From: Promethearchaeota archaeon
GTDB taxonomy: Archaea; Asgardarchaeota; Hermodarchaeia; Hermodarchaeales; Hermodarchaeaceae
Reading direction: 5' to 3'
Assembly (NCBI GenBank): GCA_048939625.1
Contig: JBHLPH010000011.1
Location: 1 to 62,581, forward strand
DNA length: 62,581 nucleotides
Shown: in pieces, positions 28,561 to 38,699 of the stretch
Layout: each line of letters opens with the position of its first letter
How positions within the stretch are numbered: position 1 is the stretch's first letter
Program-made: the position numbers and the translations under genes
Notes under the pieces: generated by a model
What the model saw: only the letters and a program-made list of their open reading frames with translations
Told to the model about the DNA's origin: nothing
Databases searched by the model: none

Positions 28561-28872
28561 TTATGCAGGCGTCTTGGAATAAAGTTTGAACTTTCCTTCT
28601 GAAGTTACTCGGTGAATTTGACCTTTCTTTTCTAGCTCCGTCAATACAGCCTTTGCGATACTTACTCTAACTCCATATTTTTGTGCAATGGAGCTTGGAG
28701 TAATTACTCGCATTGTGGGAATTTCTTTCTCCATTTCTTGTTTTTGTTCTTCGCTGATGATTAGCTCACGTCGTACAGTTTCGTGACTTCGGCTTTTCGT
28801 TTCTTCCTTCTCTTTTGCACTTTTTGACGGTTGCTTTGAAACAGGTTTATTCTTCTTAACCATGTGCGCCAC
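28561..28872 (-). CDS. rps25e: 30S ribosomal protein eS25
   Basis: Basic N-terminus; KEIPTMRVITPSSIAQKYGVRVSIAKAVLTELEKKG. Confidence 0.9.
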   Translation of the reverse strand: MAHMVKKNKPVSKQPSKSAKEKEETKSRSHETVRRELIISEEQKQEMEKEIPTMRVITPSSIAQKYGVRVSIAKAVLTELEKKGQIHRVTSEGKFKLYSKTPA

Positions 28873-28909
28873 CTTCCTTGGAGGAATAATATTGTCCTTA
28901 AAGAGCTTT

Positions 28910-30355
28910 CTAAGCTACTTGAGGTATCTGATTTTCTGAGTTTTGTTGCCCGAGTTTAAGTCTTTTTAGAAGTAACACGAACTCCTCTTTACTACTAACA
29001 AAAGAAATCCTATCTATCTTGGTTATGTTAAGAAGTGTTGACTGTGCACTTTCAGCATTCTTCGCTGAATGAAACAACAGAACGATATGAACTGAGTTGT
29101 CCTTTTCTAATAACGTCTTTAGTTGTTTCAGCAGCCATTGGATATGTTCTTCTCTTGAAGGGGGAATAACAAAGATTACCAGGTTGTTTGCTTGTGCGTC
29201 CACCCTCATCGGTAGCTTATCAATAAAAAGGAGGCTATCTTTTGAAAAACTAATCCTTAGGTCTGCAAGTTGTTCGAAGATTCTTTCTCTCCATGTTCGA
29301 GAATCGATTAGGTTTACTTTCGATGTTTGTGAATCTAATGGCTTGGGTATTGATGCTGTTCGCAAAGGCCATCTTGTTGAAAGCATTTTAATGATAAATT
29401 GTGCCGTTTCACCAAAAGTGGATTTAGTAGCAGGTTCTTTAACATGATTTCTTGATAGTAAATCTCCGAAGTATCTCAATGATTTCGGAGCGGGAATACT
29501 ATTTAGAGAATACAAAGTGGACAGCTGTTTTTTTACTGAATCATATTTACTGATATTATTGAAAATAAGAGTCAACGAATGTGTAATTTCTGTTCCCTGT
29601 TGAACCTTCTTCATTGGGAGGATTATGTGGGCATATTGAGAGGGTTCTAGTTCTGATAGCACACTGGCTAATGCAGTGTCATTCTTTGCACAAACAGTGG
29701 CAAAAACTCTCCTAGTTTTCGTTTCGTTGGTGTGAATGTGAATTTCATTTCTACTACCAATGGAAAGTTTCTCGAAACGCCCTGGTATTCCTAAAGAGAA
29801 ATGATTCATCAGCTCATCGCCATTCAGAATACGTACTTGTTGGGATCCGAGCGCATTCTCAAGGCCTTTACTTATTGTATCTAGTAACTCTCTTGCCTGT
29901 ATCAAGAATGACGATTTTTCTAGTCTAATATAGAATGTAATGAAACAGCTTTCCCTCATTTTCCATTCTAGTGCGATTATTGAGGAGATTGGTAAAATCT
30001 TGAAGATTATTGTTAATGCTTTTTGAAGCACCGCATTTTGGAAATTCACAACAGCAATGTTATATGAGAAAAAGATTGCACACCGCTTCATAGGAGACTG
30101 CAACACGAGGAATCCTGGTTCAAAAATCGTTGGTGATGAAATACTAAACAATTCTTCTTTGCGCTCACGAATGAATGATCGAATTGTGAAGAGAGAGAAG
30201 ATGAGGATAATCAGGGGAAGAATGACACTACTAGTAATCAGTAAAGGATTCAAAATAAGAAAAATTAGCAACGAAAATAAAACAATTGAAAAACTACCAC
30301 ATAGAGTTGAAATCGTCTGCTCATACCTTACAAAAATTGGCAGATCCATCCTCAT
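28910..30355 (-). CDS. Hypothetical protein with two N-terminal TM helices
   Basis: 481-aa ORF with a hydrophobic N-terminus; no family recognised. Confidence 0.65.
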   Translation of the reverse strand: MRMDLPIFVRYEQTISTLCGSFSIVLFSLLIFLILNPLLITSSVILPLIILIFSLFTIRSFIRERKEELFSISSPTIFEPGFLVLQSPMKRCAIFFSYNIAVVNFQNAVLQKALTIIFKILPISSIIALEWKMRESCFITFYIRLEKSSFLIQARELLDTISKGLENALGSQQVRILNGDELMNHFSLGIPGRFEKLSIGSRNEIHIHTNETKTRRVFATVCAKNDTALASVLSELEPSQYAHIILPMKKVQQGTEITHSLTLIFNNISKYDSVKKQLSTLYSLNSIPAPKSLRYFGDLLSRNHVKEPATKSTFGETAQFIIKMLSTRWPLRTASIPKPLDSQTSKVNLIDSRTWRERIFEQLADLRISFSKDSLLFIDKLPMRVDAQANNLVIFVIPPSREEHIQWLLKQLKTLLEKDNSVHIVLLFHSAKNAESAQSTLLNITKIDRISFVSSKEEFVLLLKRLKLGQQNSENQIPQVA

Positions 30356-30489
30356 CTATAAACTCCTAGCACTTTTGGCTAAAAACACGTAAAATGGTCA
30401 AACTTCCAAACATCCTTGGGATTTTTTCAACTAAATGAGTAAAATTTAAGACGCCTAAGGACTTTGCCGGAGCGGAACGCCCAGTCGAG

Positions 30490-30954
30490 GTGCCTACATT
30501 CATGCCAATATTTCGGACAGATCGTTACATTAAAGTCAGTATTGACGATTATGAGCTTAAAAAATCAAGTCAATCACTCCTGCAAATTTTGCAGAATATT
30601 TCTGACCTTCGAAATATCCAAATGACCATGGTTAGCATTAATCGAGAAGAGCAAGGAAAAATCAGGATTGAACAGTGGTATGAAATAACCGGGGCGCTTA
30701 ATGTCCCTGAGGGAGGCAAATCCTTCTGGGTAATTTCAAAACCAAGCTCAAAAAGCGAACCTTATCACTTCTTTATGCGAGTTGATAGAAACATCGAAGC
30801 TAAGGATTATGAATCAGCACAAAACAAAACATCAGAATGGATAAATCAAGTTCTGATGAAGCCAATAAGCAGCAGATTTTCAATCAAGGCTAAGAGTGCC
30901 GATATACCCGAAGCAATTAGTGATTTAGTGAAAAAACTAGGTGAATCAAAGTGA
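30490..30954 (+). CDS. Hypothetical protein
   Basis: 154-aa ORF whose stop overlaps the tfrA start (GTGA). Confidence 0.6.
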   Translation: MPTFMPIFRTDRYIKVSIDDYELKKSSQSLLQILQNISDLRNIQMTMVSINREEQGKIRIEQWYEITGALNVPEGGKSFWVISKPSSKSEPYHFFMRVDRNIEAKDYESAQNKTSEWINQVLMKPISSRFSIKAKSADIPEAISDLVKKLGESK

Positions 30955-32654
30955 CATTTGAAGTAATCGATACAGATGTTTTGGTGATAGGCGCAGGTGG
31001 GGCAGGCTGTCGCGCAGCAATCGCTGCCTCAAACTCGAATCAAGAGATCACAATAATAACAAAAGATATCCTCGGAAAGGCTCACACTGTTATGGCTGAG
31101 GGCGGAATTAATGCCGCGCTCGCAAATCTTGATCCTGATGACTTATGCCAAATCCATGCTCAGGATACATGTAATGCTGGAGCTTATTTGAATAATCAAG
31201 AACTAGCAGAAATATTAGCGAATGAAGCACCTCAAAGAGTTTTTGATTTAGAAAATTTTGGTGCAATCTTCTCTCGAACGCCAGACGGGCTCATAATGCA
31301 ACGACCATTTGGACACCAAACGTATCGTCGGACTTGTTATGCAGGGGATCGAACAGGTCATGAAGTTCTATCAACACTAACAGACGAGCTTCGAAGAAGG
31401 CAAATAGAAATTATTGATGAAGTGTTCGCAACATCACTTTTTCGAAACAAGAACCGGATAGCAGGTGTTTCTGTAATCGAAATTCGAAGTGGAAAATTCA
31501 AAGTATTTCGTGCACCTGCTGTTGTTATGGCGGCAGGTGGTGCTGGGCGAATATACGATGTCACGACAAACGCTCAAGCAGATGTAGGAAGTGGCTACGC
31601 AATGGCATACAAGGCTGGCGTGGAATTGATTGATATGGAGCAATTTCAGTTTCACCCTACAGGAGCTGCAATTCCACCGGCCGCACGAGGGCGTTTAGTT
31701 ACTGAAGGCGTACGAGGTGAGGGTGGAATTCTTCTTAATAGTCATGGCGAACGGTTCATGAAGAATTATAATCCTCGTCTTTTGGAACTCGCCGGACGTG
31801 ATGAAGTTGCTCGGTCAATTGCTACTGAGATTCGTGAAGGTCGAGGAACGGAAAATGAAGCAGTTTATCTCGATATTTCTTTTCTTCCTGCAAGAATAAT
31901 TGAGGAACGACTTCCCACAATGCTTGAAGACTTTCTGGACATTGGCATCGACATACGAAATGAACCAATGGAAGTTACTCCCACAGCCCATCACGTTATG
32001 GGTGGTTTAAGAATCGATTCATCCACTGAGACAAATCTTTCAGGTCTTTTTGCAGCTGGAGAAGTTGCAGGGGGAGTTCATGGAGGTAACAGGTTAGGTG
32101 GAAATGCATTAGCTGCAGGACAGGTCTTTGGCAAACTTGCAGGGGACTCTGCCGCACGATATGCAGCAAATAATTCAACGCCTTCTCTTGACAGGAAACT
32201 GATACAGGAGGAACATTCGCGTGTAATGGCTCCTCTTGAAAGAAATGAGGGGCTTAGTACTTCAACCGAAACAAAACGCCTTCAACGTTGTATGTGGGAT
32301 AAAGCAGGGTTATTCAGAAATGAAGAAGACCTAAATTCTGCTCTTAGTTTCATTGAACAACAACAAGAGCAAGTTAGTTCAAAGCTCGCAGTTCAAAACA
32401 AAGCCACACGCTATAACACAGAATGGATTAGCGCACTTGAATTGCAAGACATGACACTTGTCGCTGAAATGATCATACGTTCAGCCTTGTTACGAAAGGA
32501 ATCCAGAGGCGCACATTACCGGACCGACTATCCAAAACCGGATAATAAACGATGGTTCGTGAACATTGTGATCTCTAGAAAGAAAACAAAAATGGGCCTC
32601 ACTCGAACACCCGTAAATATCACGAAATGGAATCCGCCCTGGATTAAAAACTGA
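30951..32654 (+). CDS. tfrA: Fumarate reductase flavoprotein, thiol:fumarate reductase A type
   Basis: GAGGAG, HTVMAEGG, QFHPT, TEGVRGEGG, HHVMGG, HGGNRLGGNAL, RKESRGAHYR. Confidence 0.9.
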   Translation: MTFEVIDTDVLVIGAGGAGCRAAIAASNSNQEITIITKDILGKAHTVMAEGGINAALANLDPDDLCQIHAQDTCNAGAYLNNQELAEILANEAPQRVFDLENFGAIFSRTPDGLIMQRPFGHQTYRRTCYAGDRTGHEVLSTLTDELRRRQIEIIDEVFATSLFRNKNRIAGVSVIEIRSGKFKVFRAPAVVMAAGGAGRIYDVTTNAQADVGSGYAMAYKAGVELIDMEQFQFHPTGAAIPPAARGRLVTEGVRGEGGILLNSHGERFMKNYNPRLLELAGRDEVARSIATEIREGRGTENEAVYLDISFLPARIIEERLPTMLEDFLDIGIDIRNEPMEVTPTAHHVMGGLRIDSSTETNLSGLFAAGEVAGGVHGGNRLGGNALAAGQVFGKLAGDSAARYAANNSTPSLDRKLIQEEHSRVMAPLERNEGLSTSTETKRLQRCMWDKAGLFRNEEDLNSALSFIEQQQEQVSSKLAVQNKATRYNTEWISALELQDMTLVAEMIIRSALLRKESRGAHYRTDYPKPDNKRWFVNIVISRKKTKMGLTRTPVNITKWNPPWIKN

Positions 32655-32675
32655 CGGTAACTAGAGGTAAGCGAA

Positions 32676-34244
32676 ATGGGCAAAAATCAGCTTATTAAAT
32701 TCCGAATTCAACGCTATAACCCAGATATTGATGATGAACCCACTTTTACAACTTACAAAGTTCCCTATACAGATCGGCAAGGTGTTCTGGATGCTTTACA
32801 CTACATCTTCCAAAATCTCGATTCAAGCTTAGCCTATCGATGGAACTGTCGAACTGGCCAATGCGGATCTTGTTCAATAAATATCAATGGTGTGCCCGGT
32901 TTAGCTTGTCGCACAGTTGTTGATCCCACTCAAGATTATGTTCTCGAACCTCTACCAAATTTCCCTGTGATTCGTGACTTAGTCGTTGATTTGGGACCTG
33001 GATTTAAGCGATTAGAAAAATTGCGTCCCTATTTAGAACGAACCTCAGCCCCTGACCGTCCTGAAAAATTAACCCGTGACGAAATCTCGGCGGCGATGGA
33101 ACTACGTTCATGTATCGAATGCTTTTCCTGTTATGCTGCTTGTCCTGCAGTGGCATCTGCCAAACAGGAATATCCTGGTCCAATTGCTATGCGCGAACTC
33201 GCTAGTTTTGAATTCGATCCACGTGATCAAGGAGACCGAGTGCAACTCGCTGTAAGTAGCGGATTATATGATTGTACAAGCTGTGGAATTTGCAAAGAAG
33301 TTTGCATTCCCAAGCATATTGATACCCGAAGAACAGCTGTTGAAGGTCTTCGTGCTCTGGCTGCTGAACGAGAACTGGGACCCTTAGAAGGACATAAAGG
33401 GTTCATTGAGCAAATTGAAGAAACTGGCTACGCCATTGATGTAAAGACCCCTCCACTCACAGATCAATTACCGGAAGTAATCGAAGTATCAAACCCCGTA
33501 GATGAAGTGATGTTCTTTCCGGGTTGCTTAATTAATTTGAGAATTCAAAATGTTGGCTTGAATGTTGTTGAAGTACTAAAACGCAACAAGGTTCGTGTAC
33601 ACATTCCTAAGGATTTCGTATGTTGCACAAGCGTTGCATTTCGAACAGGAGCTAGATCCATTGCTTATGATATGGTTGTTCGTAATACAGATTATTTCCA
33701 AAAACTTGGAGTAAAAAAGGTTGTATCGCTTTGCCCTGGTTGTATGTCAACCATTAAACAGGATTGGCCTGTAGTGCTTCATGAATCAAATAAACCTCCT
33801 TATGAGTTCGAGCCTTTTGATATCAATGAATACTTGGTTCACCAAATTGGTTTGGAAAGCCTAAATACAAAGGATCTAAAGCCTCTTCCCATACGAGTTG
33901 TTTACCATGACCCCTGTCATCTTAATAGGCATCAAGGAATCACAGAGGAACCAAGACAACTGCTTAAAATGATTCCTGAACTCGAATTCATCGATATTGA
34001 AGATAGTGATCGATGTTGTGGGGCTGGAGGTGGGGTTAGAGCAGGTCGCCGAGAGCTCTCTCAAACCATCGCTGGAATTAAATTTGATATCCTCAGCGAA
34101 GTCAAACCTGATGTAATTGCGACATCTTGTTCATTTTGTTATATACAGTTAGTAGATGAAGTGAAAAGGGCGAAATCTGATATCAAAATAATGAATGTCA
34201 CTGATCTTCTCGCAGCCTCTTATCGAGGAGATAGCTTAAAGTAA
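32676..34244 (+). CDS. tfrB: Thiol:fumarate reductase B: SdhB-like Fe-S domain fused to CCG domains
   Basis: CRTGQCGSC, CIECFSC, CTSCGIC, then FPGC...CCTS...CPGC and YHDPCH...CCGAGGG. Confidence 0.9.
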   Translation: MGKNQLIKFRIQRYNPDIDDEPTFTTYKVPYTDRQGVLDALHYIFQNLDSSLAYRWNCRTGQCGSCSININGVPGLACRTVVDPTQDYVLEPLPNFPVIRDLVVDLGPGFKRLEKLRPYLERTSAPDRPEKLTRDEISAAMELRSCIECFSCYAACPAVASAKQEYPGPIAMRELASFEFDPRDQGDRVQLAVSSGLYDCTSCGICKEVCIPKHIDTRRTAVEGLRALAAERELGPLEGHKGFIEQIEETGYAIDVKTPPLTDQLPEVIEVSNPVDEVMFFPGCLINLRIQNVGLNVVEVLKRNKVRVHIPKDFVCCTSVAFRTGARSIAYDMVVRNTDYFQKLGVKKVVSLCPGCMSTIKQDWPVVLHESNKPPYEFEPFDINEYLVHQIGLESLNTKDLKPLPIRVVYHDPCHLNRHQGITEEPRQLLKMIPELEFIDIEDSDRCCGAGGGVRAGRRELSQTIAGIKFDILSEVKPDVIATSCSFCYIQLVDEVKRAKSDIKIMNVTDLLAASYRGDSLK

Positions 34245-34249
34245 GCTGC

Positions 34250-34849
34250 TTAGATACCAGCCAAGTTATAAGCCCTCTTTCGGTTCTTTTCAACCTTGTT
34301 GCTTACCTGCTGAAAGAGGTTTTCACCTGTTGAGTCAATGGAGACAATAAGCGGACCAAACTTTTCAACATCCATAACCCAAAGGGCTTCTGGCATACCA
34401 AGATCAAGCCATTCAGCGCGGGTGATACGGCGAATTGCCTTTGCAGCCAAAACTGCTGCCCCACCAGTAAACGCACCATAAACGGCACCAAAGCGTTTCA
34501 TCGCAGCGGTGGTATTGGCACCCATTCCTCCTTTTCCTATTACAACTCGAACTCTATACGCTTCGATAAAGCGGTCTTCAAACATTTCCATCCGTGTACT
34601 GGTGGTTGGACCTGCTGCAACTACCTCCCAACCTGAATCCGTTTGTCGAACTATGGGACCACAATGAAAAACACATAATCCTTGAGGATCGATTGGAAGT
34701 GGCTTTTTTTCTTTGAACCATTCAAGGGCCCGTTCATGCGCTTCATCGCGAGCAGTAAAAATGGTTCCCGAAACATAAACGATATCATTAACTCGAAGTT
34801 TTCGAATTGTTTCTTCTGAGATAGGGGTTGTTAAGTTGTAAGTTGCCAT
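34250..34849 (-). CDS. Class I fumarate hydratase beta subunit
   Basis: TARDEAH, HCGP, GPTTSTRM, IGKGGM, LGMPEA. Confidence 0.92.
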   Translation of the reverse strand: MATYNLTTPISEETIRKLRVNDIVYVSGTIFTARDEAHERALEWFKEKKPLPIDPQGLCVFHCGPIVRQTDSGWEVVAAGPTTSTRMEMFEDRFIEAYRVRVVIGKGGMGANTTAAMKRFGAVYGAFTGGAAVLAAKAIRRITRAEWLDLGMPEALWVMDVEKFGPLIVSIDSTGENLFQQVSNKVEKNRKRAYNLAGI

Positions 34850-34850
34850 T

Positions 34851-35729
34851 TTATTCGACCTTATGAGATGTAAATTCGACATTACCTTCTTTTGTGATTA
34901 CTACCGATGCACGCCTTGCTGCCCAACACTGGAAGACAAGACCAACCGGAAATGATGCGGGGTGCCTCATTGCCACGTCAATATGGACATCCAGAGCTGT
35001 TGTGTCTCCACCAAGACCCATTGGACCAATACCTGTCTGGTTAACAGCATCTAGTAATTCCTTTTCCATTTTAGCAATCTTTGGGTTAGAATGGCGCTGT
35101 CCAACAGGTTTCAGTAGCTGTTCCTTGGCGATTTTCATACAGATATCTGCTCCTCCTCCTATCCCTATTCCAAGAATTGTGGGTGGGCAGGGCTTGGCTC
35201 CAGCTTCAATCACAGAATCAATTACAAACTGTTTCATTCCCTTCAATCCTTTACCTGGAGTTAACATCCCAAGCCGACACACGTTTTCTGATCCTCCTCC
35301 CTTTGGTAAGGCAGTTATTGCTAACTCTGATCCTTCGGTGATATGCCAATTAATCCACGGAATATGTAGTCCTGTATTATTCCCTGGGTTCTGATGCAAA
35401 ATAGGGTCTACAGTGTTTGGGCGTAAGGGAATTTCTTGAGTTGCTCTTTCAACTGCCTGTTTAATGATCTCTGGAAGCTTCTCAAGCAAGGGGAATTTAG
35501 ATCCAACAGTTAAATAAAAAATCTGAATCCCAGTATCTTGGCACATAGGAATAGAACGTTCTCTAGCTAACCTAATGTTATCTAATATCGCTTTTAATTG
35601 GCTCTTTGCAGTTTCGTTACTTTCCTTCTTGAGTGCATGTTTAAGACCAGTAGATACATCCTTCGGTAAATCAGTGACAGCTAATCGTAAAAGGGTTACA
35701 ACTGTATCTTCTAAGAAAGAGCTTTGCAT
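34851..35729 (-). CDS. Class I fumarate hydratase alpha subunit
   Basis: PMCQDTG, KGGGSEN, PCPP, GIGPMGLGG, HPAS, CWAAR. Confidence 0.92.
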   Translation of the reverse strand: MQSSFLEDTVVTLLRLAVTDLPKDVSTGLKHALKKESNETAKSQLKAILDNIRLARERSIPMCQDTGIQIFYLTVGSKFPLLEKLPEIIKQAVERATQEIPLRPNTVDPILHQNPGNNTGLHIPWINWHITEGSELAITALPKGGGSENVCRLGMLTPGKGLKGMKQFVIDSVIEAGAKPCPPTILGIGIGGGADICMKIAKEQLLKPVGQRHSNPKIAKMEKELLDAVNQTGIGPMGLGGDTTALDVHIDVAMRHPASFPVGLVFQCWAARRASVVITKEGNVEFTSHKVE

Positions 35730-35768
35730 ACTATAAACTCCAATTCGTAATGCATTGGAAATGTGTTG

Positions 35769-36365
35769 CTATGTACCTATTCTTTTGGGTTGTGCAAAGT
35801 TTGATCCTAACAAGATTTTCCGTAGGATTCCTTGTAAGATCTCAAGTGTATGTGACCCTTGGATTGCTATGGTTTCAAAAATCTGTGATGAGCCATTTAA
35901 TTCCAAAGCATTGATAAATTCAAATCGGTTGATAGCGGGCCAGATATCTCGTTTATTCAAAGCGAAAACAACTGGAAGTTCTCCTCCAAGTCGGTTACCA
36001 AAGAAGCCTTTGAGTTCTTCCCAACAACGCTGATTTTCTTTAATGAGAGTTGGGTTTGAATCGGCCACAAAAACGATGCCATCAGTTCCTGCTAAAACTG
36101 TTGACCGAGTTTCTGCATAGTAATCTTGTCCTGTCGCTGACCAGATATGAATTTGAATAATCCATTCGCCATGTGACAGCTCGATGGGACCGTAGTCAAA
36201 AAAAAGCGTTCTTCCTGAGGTTGTTTCTATTGATTCCAGACGAGATGATATGTTTAGTCTGTGAAATAGGGCTCGAATACTCACCGTCTTTCCACTCATT
36301 GCTGGACCATAATATACAATCTTCGTTTGGATGATTCGTTGGCTCCAATCAATTAGCATTAACAA
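35769..36365 (-). CDS. MglA-like small GTPase
   Basis: KIVYYGPAMSGKT, RTLFFDY, TGQDYY...DGIVFVADS, NKRD. Confidence 0.88.
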   Translation of the reverse strand: MLMLIDWSQRIIQTKIVYYGPAMSGKTVSIRALFHRLNISSRLESIETTSGRTLFFDYGPIELSHGEWIIQIHIWSATGQDYYAETRSTVLAGTDGIVFVADSNPTLIKENQRCWEELKGFFGNRLGGELPVVFALNKRDIWPAINRFEFINALELNGSSQIFETIAIQGSHTLEILQGILRKILLGSNFAQPKRIGT

Positions 36366-36381
36366 TTCCCCTCGTAAAATT

Positions 36382-37272
36382 CTAAATTGTCCAAAATCCC
36401 TCTAGTCGATCTCCAAAAGTCTGTCCAGCACCTTCTTGGACTGAAGCCTGGAAGTCTTCACCCCATTCCGCTTTAATAAACTCCATTAGTCGGTCTATGG
36501 TTGCTGCCTTATAGTCAATCGCTTGTCGAAGCATTTTATCGGATATAACCGAGTTTACTCCTACACCTTGTAATAAGCGAAGGCGCATTAAAATAATCAT
36601 GACTCTCCACGCAGCTTCAACAAACGCGTTAATATGGTCTTTATACAGGCTCTGACGTACACGGTCTTCCTCGTGGTTCAAGTCAACAAGACTTTTTTCA
36701 AGCCGTTCACTAACTTTTCCCTGTGCAGCCCGCTTTAGAATTCGGGTTATTCTTTCAATTCTTGTTCTCGTTTCAGATGTTACCTTTTCTAATAACTTCA
36801 ATTCAAAGTTAGTATCAGAGAATTCCTTTGAGTTTCCATTCGATTCAACTTTAAGCCTCCCTTCATTAAAGTGCAAGGTTAGTGGAGATATTGAGGACTG
36901 ATTAAGAACCTCCTGAATTGGAGATACGTTATTCTGATCTGTTGCTATTACCCAACCTCGAAAATCGGATATTTGGCTGGGAACTAGTTGTGCAGCAGAT
37001 GAAGGCGCACGATAAATTATCCTTTCTCCATTATAATCGCCTTTCTCGTGGTTAACCATCTGTTCATGTTCCGAGGATGATACGAAATCTGATCCAAAAA
37101 CCATTTCACGGCGGTGTGGTACCAGTTTTACCAAAGATTCTGCAATCGGATCTACAGCTTCGGGCGATTCGCTGTATATTATTATCGGATACCTATCCAA
37201 AACTGAACGTAACACAATCGCTAACTGCTTTCTTCCTAGTGTATACAAACCATTATCGAGAAATGTACTCAT
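36382..37272 (-). CDS. Hypothetical protein, possibly DENN-like
   Basis: VLRSVLDRYPIIIYSES...AESLVKLVP resembles the DENN core; lies between the Roadblock and GTPase genes. Confidence 0.5.
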   Translation of the reverse strand: MSTFLDNGLYTLGRKQLAIVLRSVLDRYPIIIYSESPEAVDPIAESLVKLVPHRREMVFGSDFVSSSEHEQMVNHEKGDYNGERIIYRAPSSAAQLVPSQISDFRGWVIATDQNNVSPIQEVLNQSSISPLTLHFNEGRLKVESNGNSKEFSDTNFELKLLEKVTSETRTRIERITRILKRAAQGKVSERLEKSLVDLNHEEDRVRQSLYKDHINAFVEAAWRVMIILMRLRLLQGVGVNSVISDKMLRQAIDYKAATIDRLMEFIKAEWGEDFQASVQEGAGQTFGDRLEGFWTI

Positions 37273-38213
37273 CGAGCAATTGCCTCCAGGATTCCATCCA
37301 CATCTAAGGCTGGTTTTTTCGTGGTCGTTGCTTTTTGTAAGACTGATTCGATTTCAGCAATGAAATTGGGAATTATTAAACGTAATAAGCCAAGACGCGT
37401 TGAACCTTTCTGAACTAGTGTGCTGAAATGGCCTCCTGCCAATCGATAAATGAAATGTTGCTTTGAAGTGCAATCACACAAAACCTGGAGGATGCCTGTT
37501 CTCTTGACTAATTGAGCAACCTTCCTCGAGGTATCAAAGAGCGTATAGGTTAATGTAGAATTCCAAATGCGCATACCTTCATTAAAGCGCTGTGTTGGAA
37601 TTAGGTAACCTCCTTCCAAACATACCTCTCCCGTTTGAGCAGAGGGTAGAGCTTGAAGAAAATCACTCACTATTGCGGTGATCTGTTGAGCGGCATTTTC
37701 AGTGATGGTCAAGTTTAAGGTACCTGTGGACCAATTTCGCTGAGGCCCTTCCCTAACGCTGAAAGCATTACGTATCTGTGTTCGTTCTGAAGTCTCGAAT
37801 GATCGGAGTGGCGGGATATATTGCTCATTCCATAGTGCTTCGTCCAGATGAGATATCGCCCTATCTAGTTGTAAAAACAAAGCTCCTAAGTTACTTTGAC
37901 TTTGAGTTGTAACTGTAATGAAGTAGTTTGTGGATCGTGGAAGTGTCGCTAATAAGAACTTACTCCGCTCTCCTTCAATTAGAACATAAGACAAATCATC
38001 ATGAAGACGTTTTGCTACTGACAAAATTGCTGCAGCAGAGGAAGATAAACCAAAGATTTCGTTCTCGGATAACCATACACCAACACTTGTAATTGGATAC
38101 CCATCTCTTTGAACTAATATAGAGTTTTCAACGCCAGGAACTGCTTTGATATTCTGTAAATGTAAATTAAATTGGTCTATCATTTTGCCTGGCATTCTCT
38201 TTGAGCTCCACAA
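37269..38213 (-). CDS. Tandem Roadblock/LC7 (MglB/LAMTOR2-like) domain protein
   Basis: VPGVENSILVQRDGYPI...VLIEGE...NLGALF, and a second degenerate copy ending TRLGLLRL. Confidence 0.85.
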   Translation of the reverse strand: MWSSKRMPGKMIDQFNLHLQNIKAVPGVENSILVQRDGYPITSVGVWLSENEIFGLSSSAAAILSVAKRLHDDLSYVLIEGERSKFLLATLPRSTNYFITVTTQSQSNLGALFLQLDRAISHLDEALWNEQYIPPLRSFETSERTQIRNAFSVREGPQRNWSTGTLNLTITENAAQQITAIVSDFLQALPSAQTGEVCLEGGYLIPTQRFNEGMRIWNSTLTYTLFDTSRKVAQLVKRTGILQVLCDCTSKQHFIYRLAGGHFSTLVQKGSTRLGLLRLIIPNFIAEIESVLQKATTTKKPALDVDGILEAIAR

Positions 38214-38263
38214 GTTGGAGCAGTTTTCTGTATAAAAACCAACAAAACTTCAGGAATTGAAAG

Positions 38264-38379
38264 TGGTGCGGGGGGTGGGATTCGAACCCACGAAGGTCTA
38301 CACCACAGGAGCCTCAGTCCTGCCCCTTTGGTCAGAACGTGCCTTCAACGTTCTTTAGACCATGCTCGGGTACCCCCGC
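38264..38379 (-). tRNA. tRNA-Leu(GAG) with a 28-nt D-loop intron (38328-38355); CCA encoded
   Basis: Acceptor GCGGGGG/CCCCCGC, arm CAGGA-CTGAGGC-TCCTG, long variable arm, TTCGAAT loop. Intron motif GGTC-TA|A...GACC-AA|A. Confidence 0.93.
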
Positions 38380-38637
38380 GATGGGGAGATAATCCTCTCG
38401 TCTGTTCATCACTTTTTAAACTTTCTTAACCCAATTGGCGCCAATCCGCAATGTTATCATCAAGTTGAAATGAACACTTTTTTTTCTCCACTGATACAAC
38501 TCCAATTTACTCATTCTCCGTTCTTTGTGCCCCGATTATCGGTAATACTAGCTCTTATCGAATATTCTTTAAAACAGACACAAAAGCGTCTTCAATGATG
38601 AAAGGTTTCGCTCAAAGTTATGCCATTTAAACAGATG

Positions 38638-38678
38638 GGTAATACCTGGATAATACTAGCATCTTTTCAGGATAACAT
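38638..38678 (+). promoter_or_regulatory. Candidate CdrS operator repeats GRTAAYAY
   Basis: GGTAATAC 38638, GATAATAC 38649, GATAACAT 38671 (11- and 22-bp spacing), downstream of TATA-like TTTAAA. Confidence 0.45.
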
Positions 38679-38699
38679 CTAGGATTGGCTCTGATTAAC

